From Octopus vulgaris (taxonomy: Eukaryota): 64,000 nt of DNA. The notes under the pieces are model-generated. The model was not told where the DNA came from and did no database searches. It saw only the letters and a program-made list of their open reading frames with translations. The DNA lies in contig OX597839.1 of the NCBI GenBank assembly GCA_951406725.2, positions 9,300,001-9,364,000 on the forward strand, in the 5' to 3' direction. This document shows positions 13,627 through 25,982 of the stretch, piece after piece (the first letter of the stretch is position 1; every line of letters begins with the position of its first letter). A program made the translations under genes and the position numbers.

Positions 13627-13898
13627 AACAATTCTACCAGCTTGCTGTTTTATACCACCAGTAATTGTATTGCACGTGTATTTGCCTACATGTGTGTGTA
13701 GATGTGTGTGTGTAGACGTGTGTGTGTAGACGTGTGTGTGTAGACGTGTGTGTGTAGACGTGTGTGTGTAGACAAGTGTGTGTGCATGTGTGCTCATGGT
13801 TATAAGTTTTATCTGTACGTGTTTATATATTTGTGTGTGTGTCCATAGTTGCATATGCTTGTTTGGATATAAATGTATTTCATCATCATCATCATCAT

Positions 13899-14125
13899 TT
13901 AACCCTTTAGTATTTAAACCGGCCATATCCGGCCAAAATATCTAATCTGTTTTATGTTCAAACTGACCAGATCCAGGCTCTCACACCTACCCTACAATGT
14001 TAATCTACATTAGGTAATTACACCATCAAGATCTTGAAGATATGAGATAATGCATGATAAATTCAAATCAATGTGAATCAATAAGCATTATGTTTGATAG
14101 AATAATCAGTACACTAAAGGGTTAA
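13899..14125 (-). mobile_element. MITE A inserted into the TTAA next to an R3 tail
   Basis: TTAA duplicated at 13899 and 14122; the R3 element continues 14126-14345. Confidence 0.88.
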
Positions 14126-14944
14126 CGTCCGTTTTCCGTGCTAGCATGGGTTGGACAGTTCAACCGAGGTCTGGGAAGCCAGGAGGCTGCACCAGGCCCT
14201 AGTATGATCCGGCAGTGTTTCTACAGCTGGATGCCCTTCCTAACGCCAACCACTCCGTGAGTGTAGTGGGTGCTTTTTACGTGCCACTGGCACAGGTGCC
14301 AGATGAGGCTGGCAGCGGCCACGATCGGTTGGTGCTTTTTACGTGTGTGATAAATATGTCTTAGAAAATCTAACGTCTTCTTAGAAGGCTTGTTCCAATG
14401 TCATAAAGAACACTACCCAGTTTTCTAAATTCTCAAACTGATAGAACCATCCTCAATCACAATGAACAAATTAAGATCATGGCAGCTGCTGATAATGTAC
14501 AGAGCATCATAATACTCATTACTGGGGCTTCCTTTTCTCAATCTTTACATTATTTCTCTTTCACAAGCATCATATTACTGCTACAAAGGAGAGAATAAAG
14601 TTCTAGCTACGATGATAATACGTTGCACAACATTATTATAGTTTGGTAGACAATCATCTTCATTGAATGGAAGAAATAATCTGATAAGTATAATTTAAAA
14701 TGGTACTACTCAAAATACTGTTCTCTAGTTCTGCGAAAGAAAATGAATAATGGATCCGTGATTAATTCTAATGAGAAATTATGTTCATTGATCACGTGAC
14801 TGGTTTTATGCAAACTGCACATTCTTTTTGGCACACTTTATAGTGAGGTGAACTATATAAACTGGTGAAGTGAACGCATGATTGCCAATAGGACAGGAGG
14901 TGTGAAGTCATGTATTGAAGAACTACAGTTGGTGTTAAGTCAAT

Positions 14945-15280
14945 TACTTACTTACATACTTATGACGGCGTTCACCCACGGTGGGTTGAGCCGGCTTCTT
15001 CTCTGGTCCTGACGGCATCACGAACCATGGCAACCCACACTCGATGGTCCTGTGCAAGGTCACTGGAGATAGCAAGCCATTTGCAGTTCCATCTGCGCAG
15101 ACCGATCACCTGCGGACCTGAGAATTGAAAGAGATCCTCCTTTATTGTCGTTGCCCAGGTCTTCAGCTGCCCGGCCTGTGCGTTTGCGCCAGTTGGGAAG
15201 TGGAGGCGGGAGGAGGACATCGCGAATCAGCTCACCCTCTGGATGCTGGGCTGCATGACTGAACCACCTTAAGCGCCGTT
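14945..15280 (-). mobile_element. 5'-truncated RTE-type LINE (second subfamily)
   Basis: GQLKTWATTIKEDL...LAQDHRVW C-terminus; (taag)n tail; 13-bp TSD gtgttaagtcaat at 14932-14944 and 15281-15293. Confidence 0.85.
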
Positions 15281-15324
15281 GTGTTAAGTCAATGGAGAAC
15301 TACAGTTGGTGTGAACCCGGGTGA

Positions 15325-15562
15325 CTTGACTTGACAGCATTCACCCGGGGTGGGTTGAGCTGGCTTCATTCATCCTCAATGCTGCATCTCTCACAAACGC
15401 TGACCAAGCCTGGTGATTTGAGGCTAACGACCGCGTGATCTCCAACCACTCCTTATTCCAGCAGCGAACGCCGTAGACATGGGGGCCTAGGTTGGGCTCC
15501 AGATCAGCCTTGACTGTCCCCAGCTTTTTCGTTGTCCATATTTGATCCTTCAAATTGGCCTC
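15325..15562 (-). mobile_element. RTE-type LINE 3' fragment
   Basis: VKADLEPNLGPHVYGVRCWNKEWL...LASNHQAW, a paralog of the ORF at 14972; (caagt)n tail. Confidence 0.8.
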
Positions 15563-16764
15563 CATGCCAGTGGCACGTAAAAAGTACCATCCGATTGTGA
15601 CCGTTGCCAGCCTCATCTGGCCCCCGTGCCGGTGGCACATAAAAAGCACCCACTACACTCACGGAGTGGTTGGCGTTAGGAAGGGCATCCAACTGTAGAA
15701 ACACTGCCAGATCAGACTGGGCCTGGCGCAGCCTTCTGGCTTCCCAGACCCCAGTTGAACCGTCCAACCAATGCCAGCATGGAAAATGGACGTTAAACGA
15801 TGATGATGATGTATATCACTATGAACCCAGGTGATGAAGAAATACAGTTAGTGTAAAGTTGGGCAATGAAAAACTACCGTTGGTGTGAACCTGGGCAACA
15901 CAGAACAACAGTTGGTGTGAACCTAGATGACGAAGAACTACATTACACAAGACATCCAGCTGTGTGCAACTACTTCTTCCTCTCTGAGTAAGTTGGCTTG
16001 ATAGGCTAGTCTCTGGTTTCCCAGCAGCTGACTTGGCTGTTAGAATCATGTTAGTGTCAGGAGGCCACATTTAGCAACAATACCTTGCCTTTATCTGACT
16101 GAGTCGTAGTCAATGGCAGATAGCCAAAGACTGGTTCTTGCTAAAATATCCACAACAGGATTAGCTGCTAAGAAACTTGACCAACATTCAAATACATTTA
16201 TTCAATCAGATATCTCAACACCAGTCATGCTTAGCACTGACTTTACTTCCAGAATTATGATAGAAATAGCTGTTAAGATTTTTTTTTTTAAATGCTTTCA
16301 ATAATAATTCTTCAAACTATAAAACTTGGCTTCTGGGAGCATTCTTCATGTCAAAAATAACTGGATGTAGGAAATTGCATTCCTTTAGAAAGCAAGCTTC
16401 AGGGAATATCTACTTCAGCTGCACATTTAACTTTTATGGGAGAGAACAAAATGGTATTCAGTAAAATGGACCTTAAGGTAAAGCTGAGAAGATACCTTAT
16501 AACAACCGATGGGTTTGCAGGGAGGGCAAGACACATATATATATATATATATATATATCTTTTATCTTTTATTTTTTACTTGTTTCAGTCATTTGATTGC
16601 AACCATGCTGGAGCACCACCTAAAAGCATTTTTAGTTGAATAAGTCAACTCCAGGACTTTTTTCAAATCTGGCACTTATTCTATCTGTCTTTAATGTAAA
16701 CACATCAACAACAGTGGTTAAGTGGGGAGGGGGAGAAAAACGTAGACACAAAGATACACACACA

Positions 16765-16814
<50 letters not shown>

Positions 16815-16822
<8 letters not shown>

Positions 16823-18484
16823 CTCTATAAACTAGGTTACTCAACAAGATAAACTGTGTTATTCAATTCCATAAACTGGGCCATTCAGCTCTATAAACAA
16901 GTTTATTCAGTTAGATAAACTGGGCCATTCAGCTCTATAAACTGGATTATTTAATTCCATAAACTGGGCCATTCAGCTCTATAAACAAGTTTATTCAGTT
17001 AGATAAACGGGGCCATTCAGCTCTATAAACTGGATTATTTAATTTCATAAACTGGTCCATTCAGCTCTATAAACTGGATTATTTAATTCCATAAACTGGG
17101 CCATTCAGCTCTATGAACTAGGTTATTCAGTTAGAATAAACTGGGCCATTCAGCTCTATAAACAAGTTTATTCAGTAAGATAAACTGGGCCATTCAGCTC
17201 TATAAACAAGTTTATTCAGTTAGATAAACTGGGCCATTCAGTTCTATAAACCGGATTATTCAATTCCATAAACTGGGCCATTCAGCTCTATAAACAAGTT
17301 TATTCAGTTAGAGAAACTGGGCCATTCAGCTCTATAAACTGGATTATTCAATACCATAAACTGGGCCATTCAGCTCTATAAACAAGTTTATTCAGTTAGA
17401 TAAACTGGGCCATTCAGCTCTATAAACTGGATTATTTAATTCCATAAACTGGGCCATTCAGCTCTATGAACTAGGTTATTCAGTTAGAATAAACTGGGCC
17501 ATTCAGCTCTATAAACAAGTTTATTCAGTTAGATAAACTGGGCCATTCAGCTCTATAAACAAGTTTATTCAGTTAGATAAACTGGGCCAATCAGCTCTAT
17601 AAACTGGATTATTTAATTCCATAAACTGGGCCATTCAGCTCTATAAACAAGTTTATTCAGTTAGATAAACTGGGCCATTCAGCTCTATAAACAAGTTTAT
17701 TCAGTTAGATAAACTGGGCCAATCAGCTCTATAAACTGGATTATTTAATTCCATAAACTGGGCCATTCAGCTCTATAAACTGGATTATTCAATACCATAA
17801 ACTGGGCCATTCAGCTCTATAAACAAGTTTATTCAGTTAGATAAACTGGGCCATTCAGCTCTATAAACTGGATTATTTAATTCCATAAACTGGGCCATTC
17901 AGCTCTATGAACTAGGTTATTCAGTTAGAATAAACTGGGCCATTCAGCTCTATAAACAAGTTTATTCAGTTAGATAAACTGGGCCATTCAGCTCTATAAA
18001 CAAGTTTATTCAGTTAGATAAACTGGGCCAATCAGCTCTATAAACTGGATTATTTAATTCCATAAACTGGGCCATTCAGCTCTATAAACAAGTTTATTCA
18101 GTTAGATAAACTGGGCCATTCAGCTCTATAAACAAGTTTATTCAGTTAGATAAACTGGGCCAATCAGCTCTATAAACTGGATTATTTAATTCCATAAACT
18201 GGGCCATTCAGCCCTATAAACTGGATCATTTAATTCCATAAACTGGGCCATTCAGCTCTATAAACTGGATTATTCAATTCCATAAACTGGGCCATTCAGC
18301 TCTATGAACTAGGTTATTCAGTTAGATAAACTGGGCCATTCAGTTCTATAATCTGGATTATTTAACTCCATAAACTGGGCCATTCAGCTCTATGAACTAG
18401 GTTATTCAGTTAGATAAACTGGGCCATTCAGTTCTATAATCTGGATTATTTAACTCCATAAACTGGGCCATTCAGCTCTATGAA
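16815..18484. repeat. Tandem satellite of 22-bp monomers arranged as 44-bp heterodimers
   Basis: About 37 copies of ataaactgggccattcagctct alternating with related 22-mers such as ataaacaagtttattcagttag and ataaactggattatttaattcc. Confidence 0.97.
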
Positions 18485-18814
18485 TATATGTATATATACG
18501 GGGCCAGGCGAGGCTGGGATGTAATTGTTTATTTTTAGATTGGCATTGTAGGGTAGGTGTGAGAGGCTGAATCTAGCTGATTTGAACATAAAACAGGAAG
18601 ATATTGAGCTGGAAATGCCCAGCTTAAATGCTAAAAGGTTAAAATTGTAAACCAGACTATTCAGTTATGTAAGCTAAGCCACTGCTCTGAAAAAACTGAG
18701 CCAATGTAAACACTGAGCCACTTAGCTTAGTGAACTGGGCTCTTGATTCTAACATTCTTCAGAGCATTCAACAAATTTACTGAGTCAATACAGCTTTCTT
18801 TCTTTCTTTCTTTC

Positions 18815-19012
18815 TTTTACTTGTTTCAGTCATTTGACTGTGGCCATGCTGGAGTACCGCCTTTAGTCGAGCAAATCGACCCCAGGACTTATTCTTTGGA
18901 AGCCTAGTACTTATTCTATCGGTCTCTTTTGCTGAACCGCTAAGTTACGGGGACGTAAACATACCAGCATAGGTTGCCAAGCGATGTTGGGAGGACAAAC
19001 ACAGACACACAA

Positions 19013-19063
<51 letters not shown>

Positions 19064-19230
19064 TACGACGGGCTTCTTTCAGTTTCCGTCTACCAAATCC
19101 ATTCACAAGGTTTTGGTCGGCCCGAGGCTATAGTAGAAGACACCTGCCCAAGGTGCCACGCAGTGGGCCTGAACCCCGGGACCATGTGGTTGGTAAGCAA
19201 GCAACTTACCACACAGCCACTCCTATGCCT
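18815..19230 (-). mobile_element. SINE-1 full-length
   Basis: Complete reverse-oriented copy. Confidence 0.92.
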
Positions 19231-19614
19231 ATGTCTTTCATTCTGATGAAATCTTTCCTTAAAATTTGAAGCAAGTTTTAAAAAGGGAGAAGAATAGCTT
19301 AATTGACAAAGAAGTAAGTGAGTAGACAAAGAAAATTAAAGGCACTATCTTGTAAGTAAAATGCATTAACAAAAGGAAACCAAGAAAGTTTTTTTTTTTA
19401 ATTTTATCTGTTTTATTGTTGTTGTTGTAGTTGTTTAAAATTCAATCATAATTTTACATGAAATGTGACAGCAAATGTATTATAGTAAATACATCATATT
19501 ATACATAAAGAAAGATAAAGAGGAAATAGAGTATGTGAAATACACTGTTAATATCAGTTTATTTAGGGTAAGACATACAACAAGCAAACAATCAACTGAT
19601 GTATTAGAAATTGC

Positions 19615-20102
19615 GAGGAGGGAGGGAGGAAACAGAGATGGGGTAGAGAGAGAGATGAGAAAGATACAGAGGGAGGGGAAGGAGATGAGGAGAGAGGGGA
19701 TGGGGAGTGGGTGGGGTGGGGAGAGGGTGGCAGGGAGTGGTACAGGCAGGGAGAGGGGTGGTGGTGAGGTAGGTGGTAGGGGGGAGAGGTGGTGGAGAGG
19801 GGGAGAGGTGGTACGGGAGGGAGGGAGAGAGGTGGTACAGGAGGGAAGGAGACAGGTGGTACGGGAGGGAGGGAGACAGGTGGTACGGGAGGGAGGGAGA
19901 GAGGTGGTACGGGAGAGAGAGAAAGAGGAGAGATGGTGAAAAAAAGAGAGACGGTGAAAGAAGGAGAGACGGTGAAAGAGGGAGAGACGGTGAAAGAAGG
20001 AGAGACGGTGAAAGAGGGAGAGATGGTGAAAGAAGGAGAGACGGTGAAAGAGGGAGAGAAAGAGGGAGAGGAGGGAGAGGAAAAAAAGGAGAAGGGAGAG
20101 AT
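19615..20102 (+). repeat. G-rich purine tract with 24-bp and 18-bp minisatellites
   Basis: gaggtggtacgggagggagggaga about 5 times; gagacggtgaaagargga about 7 times. Confidence 0.9.
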
Positions 20103-21270
20103 GAAAAATTTTACCGCAAATGATAGTTGCTTTGTGGATGGCAAATTGTAACCAAGAACACACAGAGAGAGAAAGAGAGACAGAAAAGGAAAGAGGAAGG
20201 AAGGTAAAGAAAGACCAAAGTATATATAATTTTGACTAAATATAACATGAATCAATTGTCTATGTAAATTTGGAGCAAATTATTTCAGAGGAAGCTAGAA
20301 ACATTTAATATTTTGGAATCTCTAAGATTTCATTTTTGCTTTATGTACATTTAAATGAATTTTGCATTGCAGGTTTATAAAAGGAGAATATCAAAAATTT
20401 TTAAATTCTAAAAATAAGAGGGAGAAAAAAGAAACACAAAGACAGAAAAGACCTAAATATTTACATTTGAAATATTGCAGTGCTTGCATGTGTGCACATG
20501 TGCACATGTGCATACATACATGGATTACACACATACAGTAATGGTGTTGAAGTTAGCTATGTTGGCATGAAGTTCTATTCATCTTTCTGTAATGAATACT
20601 GTCTCCCAAGAACATTTGTCATTGATACAAGCCAAATACCAAATTGATTTTCTTCTTTGAATTGAACCAAAATTGGTATGAATTCTATAAAAAAAAAAGG
20701 CTAGGCAAGATACCTCAATAGGTTTACATGAAAAGGATGAAGAATAACTGGGATCTAAAATATCCCATCTCCCTCGACTTCAGGACTCTCCAGAAAAAAT
20801 ATATTAACAGACACAGGGAAAATACTGGACAATTAAACACTATCATTGAGTGCAAAGTGAATAATAAATTCTTGGACCTCAAGCAGCAACTTTATGAAAG
20901 ACTAGAACCTTCCATGAGTACTGAAAAACCTTCATGGCAAATTTGGTACAGATTTATCCAGCGGTTTGGTCATGCATAGTTCTTATCTCATTTTCATTTG
21001 TTCTCATAAGTGCACTGAGCTACATAACAACAGATCACCAGAGAAACCTGGAAATGCTTGGATTTTCCAAAAAAGAACAAAGCAGACTGATTCCCATTCT
21101 CCAGATACTATCAATAAGAGAAACTGAAAATTTCTAAAACATTACAGGGATTCTCCATTTGAGGTTCCTTCTTGAATCATGCAAAATACAACATACATTT
21201 ATGTTCTGCTGTGATATGCACATCTATGATGTGCATGTTTATGCATGTGCATGCAACATGCACACATACA

Positions 21271-21683
21271 CAGGTGCAGGAGTGGTTGTGTGGTAAGTAG
21301 CTTGCTTACCAACCACATGGTTCTAGGTTCAGTCCCACTGCGTGGCACCTTGAGCAAGTGTCTTCTACTATAGCCTCGGGCTGAATAAAGCCTTGTGAGT
21401 GGATTTGGTAGACGGAAACTGAAAGAAGACCGTCGTATATATCTATATGTGTTTATGTATATATGTATATGTGTGTCTGTGTCTGCCCCCCCCCCCCAAC
21501 ATCGCTTGACAACCGATGCTGGTGTCTTTACGTCCCCGTAACTTAGCAGTTCAGCAAAAATGGACCGATATAATAAGTACTAGGCTTCCAAAGAATAAGT
21601 CCTGGGGTCAATTTGTTCGACTATAGGCGGTGCTCCAGCATGGCCACAGTCAAATGACTGAAACAAGTAAAAGAGTAAAGAGT
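21271..21683 (+). mobile_element. SINE-1 full-length
   Basis: Complete copy. Confidence 0.92.
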
Positions 21684-22389
21684 ATACACGCATACATCAA
21701 CCAATTTAAGTAATTACCAACTAACTGCACGATGTGCATTGACTTGACCCTTTACTCTTCAAATATAATGCTTATTTAGTGATAGAATGGCACTGCAGGG
21801 TAAGTATGAGAGGCTTGATCTGACCACTTTGAACATAAAACAGGTGGAGTATGGCAAGTTTAAACAAATCAGGCTTGCCCCTTTATTAGTGGCTGGCTTG
21901 AATTCTGCAAAGGGAAAAGCTTAAAATAAAACCTAAAGAACATCTACCCACACACACACTCATGATATAAGTAAGTTTAGTGCACATATATTTTGTATGA
22001 AGTATTTAGGTTTTTGGTAACTAGCGCCTAACAGCAAAATACTAAAACCCAAACCATCTAGTAAGTAATCGTTCTATGTCTTGAAGGAAAACTGTCACAA
22101 AAAATATATTTGCTCAAATATATATATTTGAGAAAATTTATCTATTGAATATATCCAGAAGTTATCCTACCCCAAACACCTACATACTCACATACATAAA
22201 ATACACAAACACCAAAAATCAATAGAAAACTTTCAGAAAAGATTATATGATTTAATGAAACTGAATTTCATTAACAAACTAAAGTAACTGTCATTGAGGT
22301 GTTACATTGTCTGTACTCTTTAGAGGAAACAACGTGCTTATTTCCTCAAAAATTTCTGGGTAAAACAAATGTAAAATATTGATTTAAGA

Positions 22390-22831
22390 TTAATTACTTA
22401 TAGGGACACTATTTTCTGTTATGCAACCATAATATATTACAAAGTATATTAAACACTCCTATAAGTTAATGTCGTGTTCTACTGTGTTAGCAGTGTTATT
22501 AAATCAGTTATTAGGGTTATCTCTCCAGAATTTTCTATAGAAATTATACCCAGCACTCATTTGTTAAGACACTCGCATTGTTGTTTACATTAGATGTATT
22601 CAGATACAAAACACCCTCACAAATCAGTGTTGGGTATAATTTCTATAGAAAATCTGTACAGATAGGCGCAGGAGTGCAGGAGTGGCTGTGTGGTAAGTAG
22701 CTTGCTTACCAACCACATGGTTCCGGGTTCAGTCCCACTGCATGGCACCTTGGGCAAGTGTCTTCTGCTATACCCTTGTGAGTGGATTTTGGTAGACGGA
22801 AACTGAAAGAAGCCCGTCGTATATATGTGTG

Positions 22832-22885
<54 letters not shown>

Positions 22886-23768
22886 GTGTGTATGTATGTG
22901 CTTGTGTATCTGTGTTTGTTCCCCCAGCATCGCTTGACAACCGATGCTGGTGTGTTTATGTCCCCGTAACTTAGTGGTTTGGCAAAAGAGACCAATAGAA
23001 TAAGTACTAGGCCTACAAAGAGTAAGTCTTAGGGTCGATTTGCTCGACTAAAGGAAGTACTCCAGCATGGCCGCAGTCAAATGACTGAAACAAGTAAAAG
23101 AGTAAAAGATAACCTTAACAAGTGATTTAATACCACTTCTAACACAGTAGGACACAGTATTGACTTATGAAACCGTTTAATATTCTTTGTAGTATATTAT
23201 TATGGTTGCATAACGAAATATGGTGTACCTGCAGGTCATTAATATGTATTACCAGCTGGCAGGAATGTGTTTAATATGTAAAATTGGTATATCCAATAAT
23301 ATTACACTGCTATATTTAGTGGCTATTTAACCCTTTAGCATTTGAGCCGGTCATATCCGGCCAAAAGTATTCTACCTGTTTTATGGTCAAACTGGCCAGG
23401 TCTGGTCTCTCACACCAGCCCTACAATATCGTTTTAAAAATTAACAGCTACCTTATCAAAATCTCATAGCTACAAGATAATGCGTGATTAGTTCAAAACA
23501 ATGTGGATAAAAAGGCACTGATTTTGGCAGAAGAATGCAAACACTAAAGGGTTAAGCAATGAGTTCATGGATGATTAATGGGTTGGATGAGGTGCTGATG
23601 AGGAAGCAAAAACTCCTGAAATATGGCATATACATCCATTATCTGTTTATTCATCTTCAATTGCACTGTTTCCATCTTCGTCACATTGTATACGAAATGT
23701 AACAAATCGGTGCTGGCTATGATTACTGTAGAAAATCTGTAGCGATAACCTTAACAAATGACTAATTT
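22390..23768 (+). mobile_element. Penelope-like element relic (inverted plus direct repeats, hammerhead), interrupted by SINE-1 (22664-23108) and MITE A (23327-23555)
   Basis: 22390-22565 is a diverged inverted copy of 22619-22663 plus 23108-23240; 23700-23765 directly repeats the start of that arm; hammerhead motif at 23591. Confidence 0.55.
23591..23636 (+). ncRNA. Degenerate minimal type I hammerhead ribozyme
   Basis: ggtg-CTGATGA-ggaagcaaaaactcct-GAAA-tatg-g-cata-TA-catc; palindromic stem III. Confidence 0.6.
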
Positions 23769-24833
23769 AAGAAGTCAACCAAGGAAAAAAAGATATAAAA
23801 TGAGGTCTGTTCAGATTCACAGATGACCCAAAATCAGAAAAGGCAGGATGGTCATGGTTGGGATGTCCTTGTGTAGAATCTGCTCAATCAAGGCTAATCT
23901 GAAGCTAAGCAACAACCAACTACACTACGAAACAGCTGTTATTCCACCTTCTGGGATTAGGTGTTATGAATTATTTCCTCTGTTCTGAAAGAACTAGTTT
24001 ATCTCTCACAAGATAATTCATCAATTACTGGTACCTAATACCTAGTCTCATTAAAATCTTGGTAATTACTGGCTTATTTCATGCATTTATATTTATTGCT
24101 ATAACACCAGTGGTTCTAAACTTTTTGTAGCTTAGCATCTTTTACTCTTTTATAGAATGATACTTCACAATGCTCCGAATGCTCCCTCCTTGCTTTCAAA
24201 CAAAAAAGAAAAAGGGGGCATATCGGTTTATTATCTGTATCTTTTTTAAATGTCTCATTCAGTATGTGCTTCTTTTAGATATTTACATGATCTAGTGCTG
24301 GATTTATTTGAACTTTCTATGAAAACGAGGTCTTACATAATGAAATTATTTAGAACCTTAGCACATCATCAATCATACTTTCTGTTCACTGGCAGCACAT
24401 CCTATTCTTTGTTTTAATTTTGGCAAAGAATTTTTTTTTTTTTTTTTGGCAAACATATTTTTAAAAGATGCTTGAAATGTATGTATTGTAGCTGATTTAA
24501 CTCTTTGGCGTCCAGATTACTCTATTAAATATAATGCTTATTCATTCACATTGTTTTGAATTAATCGTGCATTATCTGGTAACTTCAAGATTTCAAGGAT
24601 GTGACAGTTTAGTTTTAGAATGACATTGTAGGGTAGGCGTAAGAGGCCAGAACCAGTTAGGACAGATATGGCCAGCTTAAATGCTAGGGCGTTAAATATT
24701 TTAACTTCTAAGAAAAACTATGACCTCCTCAACATCCAGTGCCCCAACAGCAGCCTTCTGATATTTGCTGGAGGTGGAGGTGCTATCACCCAGGTTTAGA
24801 CAGCTGCTATAATGGATTTGGCTAATCTACATA

Positions 24834-25237
24834 TCTCTTTACCCTTTTACTTGCTTCAGTCATTTGACTGCGGCCATGCTGGAGCACCGCCTTTAATCGA
24901 GCAACTCGACCCCGGGACTTATTCTTTGTAAGCCCAGTACTTATTCTATCGGTCTCTTTTGCCGAACCGCTAGGTGACGGGGACATAAACACACCAGCAT
25001 CGGTTGTCAAGCAATGCTAGGGGGACAAACACAGACACACAAACATACACACACACACACACACACATATATATACATACATACGACAGGCTTCTTTCAG
25101 TTTTCCATCTACCAAATCCACTCACAGGGCTTTGGTCGGCCCGAGGCTATAGTAGAAGACACTTGCCCAAGGTGCCACACAGTGGGACTGAACCTGGAAC
25201 CATGTGGTTGGTAAACAAGCTACTTACCACACAGCCA
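24834..25237 (-). mobile_element. SINE-1 full-length
   Basis: Complete reverse copy. Confidence 0.92.
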
Positions 25238-25982
25238 AAAGAATTGCTTGTTAGACTAGAAACAAATATTTTACAGCTAGATTCACTCTTTATTCCTTAA
25301 GTTAACTGATCTGTGAAAGGAGAGCAAATAAACCGGTGTACAGAAATAGTACAGAAAATGAGTTTAATAAATAATCTCACACTATACTTTATATACGATA
25401 ATTCTGGTAAACAAGGGCTGACTTTTCATTCCTTCACTGGTTTGGAAACACAAAAAAAATAACACACTGTTGATGTTAGATGCACTTTATACACAGGTGC
25501 CCTACATTAAAATTTTTTTTTTCTTTTCAGATGAGGTAGTTTTTAACCTGCTCATTCAACCTGCTAGAAATAGCATACAAATCTCTCTCAAAGCTGAGAA
25601 AAGAAGGACACATTAAACAATGTAGTCTTGGATGCACACTGCTCATAAAGTGGTAGAACTGTTTAATCCTTTGGGAATAAACAACATCATCATCATCGTT
25701 TAACATCCGCTTTCCATGCTAGCATGGGTTGGACAATTTTGACTGAGGGCTGGCGAGCCAGATGGCTGCACCAGGCTCCAATATTGATCAGGTAGAGTTT
25801 CTATAGCTGGATGCCCTTCCTAACGCTAACCACTTCGAGAGTGTAGCGGGTGAATTTTACGTGCCACCAGCACGGGGGCCAGTCAGGCAGCACTGGCAAC
25901 GACCTCGCTCGAATCTTTTTACATGTGCCACCGGCACAGGTGCCAGTGAAGTGACGTTGGTAACGATCATTTTAAAATAAAG

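Noticed and set aside
16815-18484. CRISPR array
   Set aside because: The apparent spacers are a few reused variants homologous to the repeat; no cas genes; eukaryotic context.
19475-20255. Overlapping 116-230 aa ORFs (also 2814-3346)
   Set aside because: Purine-rich low-complexity tracts that lack stops by composition.
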